From Octopus sinensis (taxonomy: Eukaryota), in the NCBI RefSeq assembly GCF_006345805.1, contig NC_043009.1, positions 62,310,001 to 62,374,000 on the forward strand: DNA of 64,000 nucleotides, written 5' to 3'. The position numbers and the translations under genes are program-made. A model generated the notes under the pieces. The model saw only the letters and a program-made list of their open reading frames with translations, was not told where the DNA came from and did not search any database. Positions 38,320 to 53,934 of this stretch are shown in pieces (the first letter of the stretch is position 1; every line of letters begins with the position of its first letter).

Positions 38320-39210
38320 GTGTCTAAGAATAACCTGAGTGTAAACTTGTTTATGAGTGTAGCTATCTGAGTGTGACCTGATATATGAATATAATCTCGT
38401 GGTTCAGTGTAAGCTGGTATTTGGGTGTTACCTTATGTATGAATGCAACCATGTATCTGAGCGTCGCCATAAGTGTGTGTGTAATCTTATGCCTTGTCTG
38501 TGTAAAGTAACATTGAATATAACGCTGTGTCTAAGTATAAATTTGTGTATGAGTGTAACTAACAGTATGAGCGTCGCTTAGTGTCTGGGTTGAATCATAT
38601 GACTGAATGTAACCCTGTACATGAGGTTAACCATGTTTCTGAGAGTCATTTTGCATCCTATGTAAGCATCATCCGGAATGCAACGTTGTGCCTGAGTGTA
38701 ATTATGCATAAGTGTAACTAGGCGTGTGACAGTAATCTTGAATCTAAATGTAACTCCGTGCATGGCTTAGTGGTTAGGGTGTTTGTTCAAGGTCATAACG
38801 TCCTGAGTTCGATTGCTGGTGGCGTACTGTGTCCTTGAGCAAAACGTATAATTTCGCGTTGCTCCAATCAACTCAGCTGGCAAAATGAGAAGTATTTCTA
38901 TTTCAAAGGACTAGCCTTGTCACACTCTGTGTCATGCTGGATCTTCCAGAGGACTACGTTAAAGGTATGAGTGTCCGTGGAACGCTCAGTCACTTGGACG
39001 TTAATTTCACGAGAAAGTTGTTCTGTTAATCGGATCGACTGGAACACTCGTCGTCGTAAGCGACGGAGTACCGGTTTGTGTCCGAGCGCAACCGTCTCTG
39101 GGTGTAACCTTGAATCTCAGTCAAATCAGCTGTATGAGTGTACTTGTAATTGAATGTATTCTACTATATTCGTGTAACCATCTCTGTGACTGTAACCTTG
39201 AATCTCAGCG
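38320..39210. repeat. Degenerate ~14-18 bp TGAGTGTAAC(C/T) minisatellite, interrupted by SINE C
   Basis: Recurring TGAGTGTAAC / TGAATGTAAC cores. Confidence 0.65.
38757..39072 (+). mobile_element. SINE family C, full length
   Basis: TGGCTTAGTGG A box, GAGTTCGATT B box, conserved body. Confidence 0.88.
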
Positions 39211-40547
39211 AACTAGATTCTTTATTTCCTTGCCTTCTTTGTTCTGTCTTTCATTCTTTCAGATCTGTTGCGTGTTCTTCCCTTATTTAACCTCGCGATT
39301 TCTCTGCCTTTCCATTCTTTCTTCCATTCTTGCTTTCTTTTCTTCTCTTCTATTTACTCCTCCTTTTTTCTTTCATTCCCTTCCCTTTCTTCATTCGTTC
39401 TCTCCACCGTTACATCCCACCATCAACACAACCACTGCAACCGTCTTGCCTTTATTTCCCAACGTCTTGAAGCAACTTGTCTGCGATTTTTCAGCAAAAC
39501 TTACAGAACGAAGTAAATGATGGATGGATGGATTGGAGAATTAGAGGGAGGATTTTAATATTATAACATCAACGGCAATAACAACAACTACGACGACAAC
39601 AACAACAACAGCAATATTTAAATAGCGTTTTTAATCTCAACAACAACAAAGCAACAAACAAGATATATAAAAGTATTTAGCAACAACAACAACAAGGTGC
39701 GACTATCAATAATATAACAACAGCAATAAGAAAGACAACAACATCAATAACAACCGACACTTCTGATACAACAACAACAATAACGGTAAGAACAGGAGCT
39801 GCAGCAGCTGTACGGTAGCAAAAGACTAACAACAGCAACTAGGTACCATAAAGATATACAACAATACAAAATGATAGCAAAAACAACAGCAACAGTAACA
39901 CACTCAACAACAATTGCAACTATGACAACAACAACGGTAGCTGAATCATATGTCAGAAATATAATTTGTTGATGAAAAGAAAAAGTAAATAAGTAAAAAT
40001 CGTAAGATAGAGTGAGAGAGAAAAAATTAATATCAAAAGCAAGTCGATAATGAACAGTAAATGATAGAGGGAACGTACTATTTCTTCCTTCAACTATAAT
40101 AATTAGTATGAACCCTTTCTTTATTCCTTCTCTTACATGCACTTCCTATAAATTCCTTCAAATTCCCTGAAATTCCTTGAAATTCCTTCACATTCCTTTA
40201 AATTCTCTTTTCATTCACTTTACATTTACTTTACATTCACTAATTCAATGAGCAGACGACACAGCAGCCGCCATTTTGCTTTACGATATATTTTTTTCTC
40301 TGACTGTGAAGCGATTTCTCACACCTTCTGTGTATCACTCGAATACTCCCTCTTTCTTCCTTATTTCTTTCTTGCTTTCTTCCTTTCTGTCTCTCCCTGT
40401 CTTTCTGTCTTTCTTTCTCTCTTTTTCTTTCTTTCATTCTCTCCTTTTCTTTCTTTCTTTCTTTCCTTCCTTTTTCTCTCTCTTTCTCTTTTTCACGTAT
40501 ATTTCCTCCCTAAATCACATACATACTTTCACTTTTACTTTCTATCT

Positions 40548-40582
<35 letters not shown>

Positions 40583-41092
40583 ACAACACTATTTTTATTT
40601 TACACTCCGTCTCTCAATTTCTTATCCACACAAATGCAAGCACGCACACACACACACACACACTCACATACACACACACTATCACTCTATTAAATATACT
40701 CTCAGACGTATACTTATTCTCTCTCTATCTCTTACACACATACATACACACAGAATCAAACACACATTCGATTACACATACATTCCCCCCCTTCTCTCTC
40801 TCTCTCTTCGCTCTATGTTTTCTTTCCCCTCTCCCTGTCTATATGTCTGTCTGTCTCCCCCTTTTCTTTCTTTCTCTCTCTCTCTCTCTTTCTCTTTCTT
40901 TCTCGTACATTTTTTTCCTCTCACAAATTTAAATATAAATTCTGATCTCCATTCAATTCTTTCATAGTAAAAACTGAACATCTCCAACGGAGAAACTTAG
41001 TTAAAGATCTTTTAGTCTACATCTGCGCAGATATCTCTAGGAATGAGTCTTTCTCTCTCTGCGTCTGTTTTACACATACATACACATATAGA

Positions 41093-41123
<31 letters not shown>

Positions 41124-41224
41124 GTGTGTGTGTGTGCGTGTGTGTGTGCCTTGTGCGTTCAATGGAAATGACGTGACACATCAGGCCGCCAGGTGGGATG
41201 AAAGAGATAAGTAGAATAGGTTAT

Positions 41225-41764
41225 GTACACACACACATACACATACACTCCATACATATATATATGTGTGTGTGTGTGTGTGTTCGTGTGTGTGTATATA
41301 TATATGTAATGGTTAGTTATATATCTTTATATATATATATGTATATATATATATATGTACGTACACACATATACACACACATACACACACATGTATATGT
41401 ATATCCATACATACACACACACGCATGCATACATGCATACATACATACACACATACACACATACATACACACACATACATACATACATACATACATGCAT
41501 GCATACATACATACACACACATACATACATACGTGCATACATACATACATACACACACACACATACATACATACATACGTGCATACATACATACATACAC
41601 ACACATACATACAAACATACACACATACATACATACACACATACATACACACATACATACATACATACATACATATACATACATACATACATGCATACAT
41701 ACATTCACACATACATACACATACATACACACACATACATACATACATACATACATACATACAC

Positions 41765-41797
<33 letters not shown>

Positions 41798-41912
41798 TAC
41801 ATACATGCACACATACATACATGCACACATACATACAAACATACACACACATACATACATGCACACATACATACATACATACATACATATACACACACAC
41901 ACACACACATAC
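41225..41912. repeat. (CATA)n/(CA)n compound microsatellite
   Basis: Direct inspection. Confidence 0.95.
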
Positions 41913-42125
41913 ACCTCCCCTTCTTTACACTGTGTACAGACAGATGTTAGCTACGCGTTGGCAATCAATCTACATTTAACAATCCATGTCGTCTTCGCCT
42001 CGTTCCTGGAACATGTTGGCGATTCAGATAATATCACTGATTAACGACGATAAAAAAGCCAGATAGATAGACTGATATCATGGAATGGAGAAAATAATAT
42101 CATCGCCACCAACATCGACATCTTT

Positions 42126-43289
<1,164 letters not shown>

Positions 43290-43290
<1 letters not shown>

Positions 43291-43735
43291 CTTGGCGGCA
43301 TTTCGTATATCACTACGTTCTGAGTTCAAATTCCGCCGAGGTCGATTTTGTCTTCTATCCTTTCGGTGTCGGTAAAATAAATACCAGTCAAATACTGAGG
43401 GTCAATGAAATCGACTTACCCCTTCCTTCGAAAGAAACGACCTTGTGCCAAATTTTGAAACCAATATTTTGCTGCCTTGATGCAATACCAAGGGTCAAAG
43501 GGATCAAAAATCCTTCCCCAGCTATGCGCTCATAAGGCCGGCTTCTTTGATTCTGTGGTGTATGTCCCCCCTCCCCACTCTCGGACGGACGCCGCTCCGT
43601 CGCAGGATGACTTTTTTTTGCCAGCTGAGTGGACCGGAACAATGTGAAATGCAGTGTTTCACCTGACCCAGGAATCGAAACACCGAAGCATGACCGTGAG
43701 TGTAGTACTCTAACCGCTAAACCATGCGCCCTCAC
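43290..43735. mobile_element. 5'-truncated SINE B (plus, 43290-43468) and C-like SINE (minus, 43530-43735)
   Basis: Family motifs. Confidence 0.8.
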
Positions 43736-43789
43736 TTAGTGCAATAAAGTGTTATGTAATGTGGTGTAGAGTAATGCACAGGTACCTGG

Positions 43790-44150
43790 CCTCCTCATTT
43801 TACCGCAATAGCGAGGCGTCCGTTAGCTGGGCCATGCCCACTACTTGTCAGATGCGAGAATCCAAAAAGACCTGCTACACAGTGGGTTGACTACACGTTG
43901 GAGACTGGAGCTAGACAAGGGTTTAATAAGACGAAGGGTGACGCCTATGATTGCTGAGGAAGGGAAGCATATTCGAAGAAAATGCAACATCAAACCAAGA
44001 CTACCTGACAACACCATTAAGTGTAGACTCTGAAACCGCGACTGCCATTCACATGTGGATTTCTATAGTCACTTAGCAAAGGCTGTTTTGCTAACAGGAC
44101 CAAAACCAGGCGCAGATCTCTGGCCTCGCGAGATTAACGATTGCCTTTTC
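43790..44150 (+). mobile_element. RTE LINE 3' remnant
   Basis: TTRWRLELDKGL...KHIRRK...TIKCRL*NRDCHSHVDFYSH matches the RTE C-terminal CxxC...SRIGLxSH finger; short hairpin 3' UTR. Confidence 0.8.
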
Positions 44151-44194
44151 CCCAGTGCTCTGTTGACGCAAAGTGGTGGTGTGTTGTGTTTAGC

Positions 44195-44630
44195 CAGGAC
44201 CAGATTAGTGCAATATAAATGCCCTAAGCACTTCAAAGATTTTGGTGCCCCCATATATATAATTCAAAATACAAACAATAAGAAACCATAAAATAGATAT
44301 TTTATTTTTCAAAATGAAACAAAAAACTAACAATAAGATAGAAAATAATGTTTATTTCTCTATACTTCCACTTTATTCATATTTGATATGTTTTTTCTCC
44401 TACTTTTTTTTTAATAGCAAAATCTTTGATCAGATTCTCACCGTGACATCATGAACAGTTCGAAATTATATTTCCGATCATATAAACCATTTGGAATATT
44501 ATTTTAGAAAGTTTAAAGAGATTTCTTTTGTCCCGCAAACCATTTACCATTTATTTCTGTGGTGTGTCTCCACCCTTCCTTTGATGTCCTAAGCACATGC
44601 TTATTTTGCTTAATGGTTAATCCAGCTCTG
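44195..44630. mobile_element. hAT MITE with perfect 8-bp TSD
   Basis: TIRs CAGGACCAGATTA / TAATCCAGCTCTG; TGTTTAGC at 44187-44194 and 44631-44638. Confidence 0.92.
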
Positions 44631-44821
44631 TGTTTAGCGTAATGTAATGCCGTGCAGTACGATAGTGCAATATAGTTTAATGTAATGTAACGTTCAATTG
44701 TATTATTTTTGCAACACACTGTTGAGTTTGTGCAATGTAGTATAATGTTGGCGTGATTTAGTACGAGTTATTATAATGTAGTTATTACAGGGATGTGTTA
44801 TGGCATAATGTAAACTAGTTT

Positions 44822-45224
44822 AAGGCGGCGAAGTGGCAGAAACGTTAGCATACCGGGTGAAATGCTTAGCGGTGTTTCGTCTGTTTTTATATTCTGAGTT
44901 CAAGTTCCGCCGAGGTCGATTTTGCCTTTCATCCTTTCGGGGTCGATAAATAAAGTACCAGTTGCGCACTGGGGTCGATATAATCGACTTAATCCGTTTG
45001 TCTGTCCTTGTTTGTCCCATCTGTGTTTAACCCCTTGTGGGTAGTAAAGAAATAGGTATTTCGTCTGTCTTTACATTCTGAGTTCAAATTCCGCCGAGGT
45101 CGACTTTGCCTTTCATCCTTTCGGGGTCGATAAATTAAGCACCAATTTGCGCACTGGGGTCGATCTAATCGACAGACCCCCTCCCCCAAAATTTCGGACT
45201 TTGTGCCTAGAGTAGAAAAAAATA
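44822..45224 (+). mobile_element. SINE family B heterodimer (tail-1 unit plus tail-2 unit) inside one 17-bp TSD
   Basis: ATAATGTAAACTAGTTT at 44805-44821 and 45225-45241; junction 45049-45062. Confidence 0.95.
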
Positions 45225-45554
45225 ATAATGTAAACTAGTTTCGTGTTGTGTTATAGCATAAATGTAATGCAATATTGTACTGTGAAAGTGTAATAGAAAT
45301 CAGTGATGCATTATGTAACGTTATGTAGCATTGTGATGTGTTGACGTAATCTAGTGTAATGATGTGTATTATTAGTGCAATATAAAGTGGTATTAGTATA
45401 ATTTAGTGTTGTGATGTGTTTCCATGGTTTTGTTATTGCTTGTGTGATATAGCATTGCGGGGGTGCTGTGTTGCTGTAATAGACTGAGTGATCTGTTGTC
45501 TTCTTTTTTTTCCTTGTCTTTTTTCAATTTTTTCTGTAGTTTTGTATAAAATAG

Positions 45555-45930
45555 CAAGCTGGCAGAATCGTTAGCACTTTGGACGAAATGCTTAGCGGCA
45601 TTTCTTCGAACTCTTTACGTTCTGTGTTCAAATCTCACCAAGGTCAATTTTGAGATCGATAAAATAAAGCACCAGTCAAGTGCTGGACTAGACTTACTCC
45701 ATCCTCATAAAATTACCATTATAATGCTGGGTAAGACGGTGAGCTGGCAGAATTCTTAACCCGTCGGACGAAACGACATTTCTTCCGCCTATTCACGACC
45801 TGTGTTGAAACTTTGCCTTTCATCCTTTCGGGGGTCGATAAAATAAGTACCAGTTGAGCACAGGGGTCGATGTAATTGGCTATTCCCTCCCTCTAAAATT
45901 GCTAACCTCATGCGAAAATTTGAAACTATT
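45555..45930 (+). mobile_element. Two degenerate SINE B copies
   Basis: GCTGGCAGAAT heads at ~45558 and ~45742. Confidence 0.8.
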
Positions 45931-46003
45931 TGAAGCCCTTATAGTATTGTGTTATTCGTCTGGTGCCTCACAATGTGTGTTTTTAAATAATGCCATGCTG
46001 TAA

Positions 46004-46401
46004 TCTTTATATATAAAAGTAAGGTTGTGTGTCTGTCTCCTACGATTTAGATTCCTAACTACTCCCACATTTTGCGGTGCAGTTTAACCAAATCCGGGTA
46101 TCTTATAGTCATGATTCATATCGAACCCTTCTGGGTATTAGCGCGCGTCTACGATGAGTCTACGATTTAAAAAAAAATTTACCATCATTTTTTTCCATTT
46201 TAAATTATTTTTTCGCTATTATATAAGGGAAGTAACTCTCTAAAAATGTCTACGATGAGTCAACGATTTAAAAAAAAATTTACCATAATTTTTTTTCCAT
46301 TTTTAATGCATTTTTTTGCTATTTTTTGGTTATAACTCTCTAAAAATGCTTATATAGTTATTTCCCTTACAAATCCGAGCAACGCCGGGCGATACTGCTA
46401 G
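46004..46401 (+). mobile_element. Non-autonomous Helitron-like element
   Basis: Starts TC, ends CTAG, sits between host A and T, subterminal hairpin CCGAGCAACGCCGG, internal ~100-bp direct duplication. Confidence 0.9.
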
Positions 46402-47259
46402 TACGGTATAACATGATTTCCCGTAATACAATGCAGTGAAGTAGAGAAGATATGCAGTGTTGTGCATCGTAGTGCAGCCGTTTTAGTGTTTTAGTACGTT
46501 GCAACGCTTTACTGTATAAAATTGTGATTATTGTTATTGTTTAGTTTTATTATTGTTATGGTTTGCTGTTGATCTTAACCAACAGCAAACCAGAGATCAA
46601 AGATATATCAGCCTTCATCTTCTCCCATCTTTTATTCAAGTGTAGCGTATCCAAGACACATTATCTAGCGTGTTCTAGCAACCAGCGTTGATCCAACAGA
46701 CTTGACATCAATGATAATCCAGTTCTGATCGTCACATTCTTTGATTCAAGTTTAAAACTTCCAACATTCCATTATCCAAAGTGTCTTTCTCCTTTTTTTC
46801 CTTTCTTTATTTAAAAAAAAGAAAGAAAAGAAAAACCAAACCAGAAAGTAAGCTGTGACTTCATATAGATTTGACAGCCTTTTCTAGTATGTCGAACGGT
46901 CGTGCAGAGGCTCTCTTGTTGCTTCCTATTAAGAACTGTCAGCTATCGAGTAAGAGCTGCTAAAGTGGTTCCTATATTCTCCATGCTTCTATAAGACACA
47001 TCTTGACGTCGCAGCACATTCCAATAATTTAATGCCGCTTAGTTGCAGTGTAGTTGCAGTGTATTTTACAAATGTGTTAACGCTGTAATATTGTTGTTTG
47101 ACTCCCGTTGATCTAGAATACCTATGATCGAAGCGCTCCAGTCATGACCAACCAATCTTATTTTCAGATATTCTAGCTAAGACTACATTATTTAATGTGT
47201 CCTTCCATTTTTTTTAGGTCAGGTTTGATATGAAGAGAATTTTTTGTTAATATTTCTCA

Positions 47260-47792
47260 CAGAATCGTTAGCAGGCCGGTCAAAATGCACAGCGGCATTT
47301 CGTCCGTCTTTACGTTCGAAGTTGAAATTCCGCTGTGGTGACCTTTGTCTTTCGTCCTTTTCAATGATCCTGAACACTCAGGGTCGGCAATTCCGAATGT
47401 GATCCATTTTCTACGGTAAGCAGTTTGCTTCCCAACCATCTGGCTCAAGGTTCAATCTTACCTCGTGGCACCCGAGGCAAGTGGCTTCTGCTAGGGCATC
47501 GGGCCGATCAAAATCTATAAGTAGATTTGGTAGACGGAAACTGAAAGAAGGCCGTCGTACTACATGTGTGTGTATGCCTTTGAGTCTATCAACTACCACT
47601 TCTTGGAAACCGGTGTTGGTGCGTTTACGTCCCCGTGATCTAGCGGTTCGCCAAAAGACACTACTAGAATAAGTGAACCCGAGGCTATCTATAGTAGATG
47701 ACATTTGGCCTAGGTGTCACGCAGTGGGACTAAACCTGGAACCACGTAGTTGGTTAGCAAACACTTCTTACCACACGGCCACGCCTGCGCAT
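47260..47792. mobile_element. Degenerate SINE B fragment and SINE A pieces in both orientations
   Basis: Family motifs. Confidence 0.75.
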
Positions 47793-47826
47793 ACATATAC
47801 AGTATATATATATATATATATATGTG

Positions 47827-47870
<44 letters not shown>

Positions 47871-47873
47871 ACG

Positions 47874-47966
<93 letters not shown>

Positions 47967-48044
47967 ATGTATGTATGCGTGTGTGTCTGTGTGATATTTC
48001 CATTATTAATCCTCTTTTTGGCATAAGTCACAGTCTGTGTTTCT

Positions 48045-48085
<41 letters not shown>

Positions 48086-49218
48086 GTTTGCGGGTGCGCG
48101 AGAGTGCATGCGCATGCGTATGCGTATGCATGCACGTACTCGACTGCGCGTGTGCACATTCCAAAATAAGCCCAGCGAGTTACGTACACGTGTCTTCTCG
48201 CGTCGCCTTCTCGATGATCAACATCGGTAAATACGGTGTCGCCGTAACAACTTGTCATGTGAACGAGAGGACCTCTCACTGTAGTGCTTGACACATCAAT
48301 ATATTCCGGTATAAGCAGCTTTCTGATTGGCTCATTCATTTTCCGTATAAAGAACGAAGACAAAACATATGCTTAGAATTACGTTTCATTTTTTTTTACT
48401 TCTTAAAGTTCTTATTAAAAGTAACTTAAGATACTATAGCAGTTACGCGCTTAATATTATATTTTCTCTCTCTCTTGTTTCATAAAAAAACGTATTCTTG
48501 TTTCAGAACGTTGTACGTTGACAGAATGTCGAGATTGTATTGCAGAATGGCAAGTAAGGATATTATCGGTGTACATGGCTTCATTTTAAATATATGTAGT
48601 TTATTGTAAACGCTAGAATAACTACAGACTATGGACAGGAGTCGATGCGAGACTTAGCAAAGTGTTACATAAATTTAGTTTTATTTGAGTACAACAAATG
48701 TATATTTATCGTTCTAGACAAAAATTCTATTTCCAACACACACGCACGCGCGCACTGAGATGTATTTGTGTGTGTGTGTGTGTGTGTGTCTGTGTCTCTA
48801 TCTGTGTATACATATATATGTGTGTGTGTGTGTGTGTGGAGTATACATAATATACACATGTATGTATGTGTGTGTATGTATATATGTATGAATGTATGTA
48901 TGTATGTATGTGTGTGTCTATGTATGTATTATGTATGTATGTATAATACACATATGGGAATATATGTGTGCAAATACAAATCTCTGTATATATATATATA
49001 CATACATACATACATACATATATATATACACACACACACATATTTATATGTATGCATAAACACGCGCGTGCACACACACATACACATACACATATGTGTC
49101 TGTGTATGTTTGTGTGTGTGTATGTGTAGCATTAATGAAATATCTACATCATATACAGATATGTCTGTGTAGACAGACAGACAGGCAGACAGACAGACAG
49201 ACAGACAGACCGACATAC

Positions 49219-49279
<61 letters not shown>

Positions 49280-49280
49280 T

Positions 49281-49311
<31 letters not shown>

Positions 49312-49312
49312 T

Positions 49313-49370
<58 letters not shown>

Positions 49371-50389
49371 TCAAATATACCTCAAACAGATAAAAAGTAT
49401 CGTTTACGTGGCATGTTTACGAGAGGCCTCAATACCCGTAAATAAAGTTAGAGCGATGATATTATAACATGCAATGTAAACAACTTTACAAGCCCGGCAG
49501 AATACAGAACACGTTGGTTTTTGCCCTTCAAACATAATTTACGACTTTTCATGATTTTGCTTTACGTCAGACACGAGTGTATAAAATTGAGTATACTTCG
49601 AATCCTGCAGCCTCCAATGGAAGAGTATATATTACACACGCACACACAAACGCACGCACACACACACACACACACACACACAACACACACACACACACAC
49701 ACACACTCGCACACAAACACACACGCACACAAACTCTCTCTCACACACACACATACATACACAAACACACACATATAACTCTCTTTCACTCTCTCTCACT
49801 CTCCCCTCTCTCTATATATATAACACTGTGTGCGTGCATGTGTGTGTACATACTATGTATGTATGTGTGTGTTTGTATGTATGTGTCTATGTATGTGTGC
49901 ATGCATGGATGTGCGTGTATGTATGTGTGTATGTATGTGTCTCTATGTATGTACGTGTGTATGTATGTGTGTGTATGTATGTATGTATATATGTATGTAT
50001 GTATGTATGTGTGTATGTATGTGTGCATGTATGTGTGTATGTATGTATGTATGTATGTGTGTATGTATGTGTCTCTATGTATGTATGTGTGTATGTATGT
50101 GTGTGTATGTATGTATGTATGTATGTATGTATGTATGTATGTATGTATGTATGGCGGTCCATTTATGTATTTATGTTGTTTCAGTCATTAGTCCGCGGCC
50201 ATACTGGGGCACCGCCGTGCAGAATTTCTAGTTGAATTAATCGTCCCCAATACTTAGTATTTTAAGCCTGTTATTTATTCTATCGGTCTCTTATGCCGAA
50301 CCGTTAGGTTACGGGAACAGAAACACACCAGCATCGGTTGTCAAGCGATGATGGGGGACAAACACAGACACAAAGACACACACACGCAG

Positions 50390-50427
<38 letters not shown>

Positions 50428-50498
50428 CACCACACACACAAACACGCATATATATAATATATATATATATATACTTTATTTCAAAGCAGCAGAAATTC

Positions 50499-50552
50499 AA
50501 CAAAACATGTTACTCTGAGTTTCACGTTCCCGTTCGTCGGACAGTATTTGTT
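50499..50552 (-). ncRNA. Second hammerhead copy on the opposite strand
   Basis: Minus strand reads CTGT-CCGACGA-ACGGGAACGT-GAAA-CTC A GAG-TA^ACAT. Confidence 0.75.
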
Positions 50553-50581
50553 AACAATTTTAACAAATTTTAACAGATTTT

Positions 50582-50635
50582 AACAAAAACTGTCCGACGA
50601 ACGGGAACGTGAAACTCCGAGTAACAGGTTTTGTT
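50582..50635 (+). ncRNA. Minimal type I hammerhead ribozyme (U4C core variant)
   Basis: CTGT-CCGACGA-ACG GGAA CGT-GAAA-CTC C GAG-TA^ACAG: stems I, II and III all pair around the core; predicted cut after A50623. Confidence 0.8.
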
Positions 50636-50736
50636 GAATTTTGCTGCTTTGAAATAAAGCATATTACTCTACCCCTGGTATTTGAGTACTCTTTTTTCCA
50701 CCTTATTTCACATTTATGTGTTTACTCCGGTATATA

Positions 50737-50830
<94 letters not shown>

Positions 50831-51192
50831 CATATATATATACAACCGGCTTTCGTCAGTCAAATCCACTCAAGCCGACGCTATAGTAGAAGACACTTGC
50901 CCAAGGTTCCACGCAGTGAGACTGAACTCGGAACCATGTAGTTGGGAAGCAAGCTCCTTATTACACAGCCATGTATGTAAGCATTTATGTATGTGTGTAT
51001 GGTTTATTGAAACAATGTTTTTCTTGCATTTCGAGTTTTAAGTCACCGCGATCTACAGGTGAGAACAGTTACAACTCGGTTTGGTGGTAGTTCCTTTTAA
51101 CTCGGTGGTGTATTTGTCATTTCTTGCATACGTATGTTTGTGTATACATATATACATATACATTATATATACACACACACACACAAACACGC

Positions 51193-51297
<105 letters not shown>

Positions 51298-51464
51298 TAT
51301 ACCTGCATAATAAACTTTGTGTATATTTTTGTGTGTGTATATGCATGAATGACTATATATTCAAACTGCCAAAATAAGAATAGCCTTTTCGTGGTTTTGG
51401 ATTTAACTCCCATTTCTAGCGTAATTGAAAACCACTTAGTGGCTTTCCCTCAGTGTATAACTCT

Positions 51465-51508
<44 letters not shown>

Positions 51509-51631
51509 GAGAGATAGAGAGAGAGAGAGAGAGACAGAGAGAGACAGAGAGAGAGACAGAGAGAGAGAGAGACAGACAGACAGACACAGACAGAAAGACA
51601 GACAAACAGACAAACAGACAGACAGACAGAC

Positions 51632-51699
<68 letters not shown>

Positions 51700-51900
51700 T
51701 TTCATCAGTTTCAAGATGTTTGTAGATTTCGACAATGCGTACCCCAGTTGTTCGTTCAACCGAACTGCCGAATCATTGAATTACATGTATATTGGGTTGA
51801 CTCCTCTACACATAGGGGTACCCATAACGTAATCTTCGGGTACGATCAGAGTCGCACAGAGTGACAAGGCGGGTCTTTAAATTAACAGGTGCATCTCGTT
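51700..51900 (-). mobile_element. Degenerate SINE family C 3' half
   Basis: CACAGAGTGACAAGGC and CCCAGTTGTTCGTTCAAC are reverse-complement family C motifs. Confidence 0.6.
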
Positions 51901-51944
51901 TGATTCTACGTGTTAATTTATAGTGTCTGCCGCCCCCAAATCAC

Positions 51945-52015
51945 TCACACACACCACATATATATATACATGCATATATATATATACATACATACAATAT
52001 ATATATCTATATATA

Positions 52016-52063
<48 letters not shown>

Positions 52064-52092
52064 ATATACATATATATACATATATATATAAC

Positions 52093-52125
<33 letters not shown>

Positions 52126-52373
52126 ATGTTATATATATGCATACATATATATATATATATAATATATATATATATTTTATACATAATATATACATATATA
52201 GATATACATTATATATATACATTATATATACATATATAATATATACATATATATATACATATACATATATACATATTATATATACATATACATATATATC
52301 TATATATATTATATATATATATATATAATATATATTATATATGTATGTATTATATATATATATATATATATAG

Positions 52374-52432
<59 letters not shown>

Positions 52433-52435
52433 CGT
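51945..52435. repeat. Imperfect (TA)n tract
   Basis: Direct inspection; similar tracts at 50730-50842, 51140-51295, 61275-61770. Confidence 0.95.
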
Positions 52436-53934
52436 ATATGGTAACTTTCTGCGTCTGTTTTTCGTTTGTTTCTATGTTTTTTAACCTGGGGGTAACGGGA
52501 AAAAAAATGATATCTTACGCCGGCCCGGCAACACCTTAATTCTATGTGTCCACGTTGAATGGAAACGGCAGCTGCAAATACAGACAGGCTTAGACAGACG
52601 GACAGCTGAGACAGACAGACGGACGGACGGACTGTCAGAGAGACAGACAGACGGACGGACTGACGGACGGATGGACAGACAGACAGAGGTTGTGAGAGAT
52701 TGAGAAAGTAAGAGGAAGAAAGGAGAGTATGAAGACTGTAAAAAAAAAAATAAAGGAGTGAGATTTTGAGGAAGTGAGGAAACAATTATCCGGTCGCTGA
52801 TTATATTAAAATGGAAATTTTTAACAATGTCGCGTATGAAGCTAAAATACTCACACACGCATACACACACATATACACGCACACAGGTACTCATACACGC
52901 GCGAGCTCACAGATAGAGGCAGGCAGACGAGACCTACACATACCTACGCATACGCACAGACGACATAACGTACAAAAGGAAAGAATTAATTTTTTTTTCT
53001 TCTTTTTTGCTTTTTCATATTGCTTGGAATGACCCGAATGTCTAGTCGGGTAAGAGAGGTGGAGAAAGGGTGACGGAGGACGAACCTAACACTTAACGGT
53101 GTTAGCAATAGCTGAGGCGGCGGCGGTGGCGGTGGTGGTGACGGGAAAAAAATGAAGCGGAAAGAAAGAGGTTAAGAGAGAAAGAAAGAAAGCAAGAAAG
53201 AAAGTAGGATAAAGAGAAAGAAAGGAAGGAAAAGAAAAAGGAAGGAAGAATTACGGCGTTGTGAGGTGTTGTGTTGGAGTAAGACTAGTAGTAAAGAATT
53301 ATGTCAGTAATGGTCTCCTGTAGTGTTTTAGTAAGTTGTGGGGGGGGGGTGCTGCACTGGTACAGTCACCCTCGACGGGGAACCCATTAATAGTGAGGAG
53401 TTGGTAAGTTTGGGAGGACGGGAAGGGGAAGGTTTGTTTCTGTTGATGGTTGTGATAGTGATGATGCTGATGTTGGTAGAAATGGTAATGCAGAGATGGC
53501 GGTGGCGGCGGTTTTGATTGTGCTGGTTGTGTTGGTTGTGTGATGGTGATGGTGATGGTGGTGGTGATGATGGTGGTGGTGGTGTGGTGGCGGCGGCGTC
53601 GGCAATGGTGATATAATGGCGTTAGTTGCATTGGTGGTGGTGGTGGTGTTATTGATTGTAATGTATATGGAATTATTAGAGGTAGTCATGGCTGTGTTGT
53701 CATCATGCTGGTGGTGGAGTCATGACGCTGTTAATAATGGTGGCAGTATAGATGGTAAAGATGGTGGTGGGGATGATGATGGCATTGATGGAGCTGATAA
53801 AGATCGTGGAAGTGAAGATAATGGTGGAAATATTTATTAATATTGCAGATAATCATAATGGTGGTGTTAATGGAGTTAACTATGTGAGAAAAAGAAATCC
53901 AACTAGTTGTTATTACATAACATCGCCGATACAG

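Larger units (their letters stand above)
50474..50731 (+). mobile_element. Penelope-like element terminal fragment with inverted 5' duplication
   Basis: ~80-bp inverted arms 50474-50554 / 50579-50659, hammerhead motif, AATAAA, short 3' extension, (TA)n flanks; class assignment is inference. Confidence 0.65.
50165..50972 (-). mobile_element. SINE family A whose internal (TA)n hosts the palindromic insert
   Basis: Tail half 50165-50440, head half ~50845-50972. Confidence 0.88.
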
